DNA of 27,765 bases, taken from positions 1 to 27,765 of the forward strand of contig JBEGVZ010000060.1 in assembly GCA_041178085.1 (NCBI GenBank). The letters run 5' to 3'. Below the pieces are notes generated by a model. It was not told where the DNA came from and ran no database searches. It was given only the letters and a program-made list of their open reading frames with translations. This DNA is from Pseudomonadota bacterium. GTDB taxonomy: Bacteria; Bdellovibrionota_B; Oligoflexia; Oligoflexales; RGVZ01. The position numbers and the translations under genes are program-made. This document shows, in pieces, positions 26,768 through 27,765 of this stretch; the first letter of the stretch is position 1, and the number at the start of each line of letters is the position of its first letter.

Positions 26768-27175
26768 ATGACCCAATTGACCCAGCCTCTTGCTGCCTAC
26801 GTCCACACGCGGCGTGCGGGCGGACTCATTTTTGTCGCCGGACAGGGCTGCCGGGACCCGCAAACGAACAACTACGTCGGCCTGACGATGGCCCCCGATG
26901 GCAAGGTGGCTTCGTACGACATCAAAGCCCAAGCGCGTGGTGTCCTGAACAATATTGAACGCGCACTCCAAGCCGAGGGCTGCAACCGCAGCCACATCGT
27001 TGACGTGAATGTATTCCTGACTGACATGAAGGACTTTCAGGCCATGAACGAGGTCTGGAACGAATTTTTCAGGGATCAGGCTCCACCGACCCGGACGACG
27101 GTTGCCGTCAAGCAGCTTCCCGGCCTCAACTTTGTCGAAATGAAGGCTGTCGCTGCAGCGCCTTCCGGAAAGTGA
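26768..27175 (+). CDS. RidA/YjgF-family protein, probable 2-aminomuconate deaminase
   Basis: IFVAGQG, IVDVNVFLTDM, MNEVW, PTRTTVAVKQLP (catalytic Arg), VEMKAVA. Adjacent to an ALDH8-type gene. Confidence 0.85.
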   Translation: MTQLTQPLAAYVHTRRAGGLIFVAGQGCRDPQTNNYVGLTMAPDGKVASYDIKAQARGVLNNIERALQAEGCNRSHIVDVNVFLTDMKDFQAMNEVWNEFFRDQAPPTRTTVAVKQLPGLNFVEMKAVAAAPSGK

Positions 27176-27179
27176 AACC

Positions 27180-27765
27180 ATGAGCGGATGCCACCACAAC
27201 AAAGGTGACCGGAAAGAATTCCTGAAGCGCCAGGTCCTTCCAGACCGCTGCCGTCACTTCATCGATGGCCAGTACGTCGATAGTGAAGGTGACGCAGCCT
27301 TCAAAAAAATCCTGCCAGCTTACGGGGAGTCCTGGTTTGACGTCGCCCTTGGCGGCACGCCTGAAGTGGACCGTGCCGTCGCGGCTGCAGAGCGCGCTGG
27401 GGAAGGCCCCTGGGGAAAAACGAGTGCCGGCGACCGCGCGAAAATGCTTCGTCGCATCGGCGACCTGATTGAAGCGAATGTCGAGACACTGGCTCTGGCC
27501 GAATCTCTGGATTCGGGAAAACCTCTCTCTGAGACCTTGCACGGCGACATCCCGCGTTCAGCGAAGAACTTCCATTTCTTTGCCGATCTGGCGGCCCACC
27601 AGTCATTCGACACGTGGATTGGCGAAGACGGGTCGCAACACACGAGCTTCCGTGAACCGCTGGGCGTGACGGGCTTGATCACACCATGGAACCTGCCTCT
27701 TTATCTGGCCACATGGAAGCTTGCTCCTGCCTTGGCCCAGGGCAACACGATCATCCTGAAGCCCG
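27180..27765 (+). CDS. Aldehyde dehydrogenase, ALDH8/HMSADH family (2-aminomuconic or 2-hydroxymuconic semialdehyde dehydrogenase), partial
   Basis: Hand translation from ATG 27180: HFIDGQY...AESLDSGKP...DIPRSAKNFHFFA...REPLGVTGLITPWNLPLYLATWKLAPALAQGNTIILKP. Open to the window edge. Confidence 0.9.
   Translation, partial: MSGCHHNKGDRKEFLKRQVLPDRCRHFIDGQYVDSEGDAAFKKILPAYGESWFDVALGGTPEVDRAVAAAERAGEGPWGKTSAGDRAKMLRRIGDLIEANVETLALAESLDSGKPLSETLHGDIPRSAKNFHFFADLAAHQSFDTWIGEDGSQHTSFREPLGVTGLITPWNLPLYLATWKLAPALAQGNTIILKP

Noticed and set aside
1..27765. CRISPR arrays, tRNA/rRNA genes, transposases, integrases, prophage or recognisable defence systems
   Set aside because: None seen. Intergenic gaps are short and lack spaced repeats or cloverleaf motifs. 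mazG is the two-domain housekeeping type with no toxin-antitoxin neighbours.

Overview
Mostly core chromosomal DNA of moderately high GC. The gene repertoire suggests Oligoflexia/Bdellovibrionota or a related deltaproteobacterial lineage, which is an inference only. Left to right: a partial DUF2334-type secreted deacetylase gene (missed by the ORF track); a coupled hemE-gpmI-mazG unit; a short/branched-chain acyl-CoA dehydrogenase plus a CAP-like protein; a stand-alone MnmD-type methyltransferase, FAD oxidoreductase and folD unit; a Cys-rich lipoprotein convergent with a PilZ protein; rimP-nusA-infB-rbfA-truB-metK; an orphan HAMP membrane protein with ruvA-ruvB; a 587-aa unknown membrane protein; a porin with strong codon bias and an intrinsic terminator; mpg; and pxpB-pxpC-ridA-ALDH8 (partial, also missed by the track). 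I saw no tRNA, rRNA, CRISPR array or mobile element. Best leads: (1) mnmD paired with a non-DAO-family flavoprotein and folD as a possible alternative wobble-uridine pathway; (2) pxpBC without an adjacent pxpA, ahead of 2-aminomuconate catabolism genes; (3) a rimP leader with mutually exclusive helices; (4) a 13-bp tandem duplication of the hemE start that creates an overlapping uORF; (5) a 14-bp sigma28-like direct repeat upstream of the lipoprotein. None of these is proven from sequence alone.
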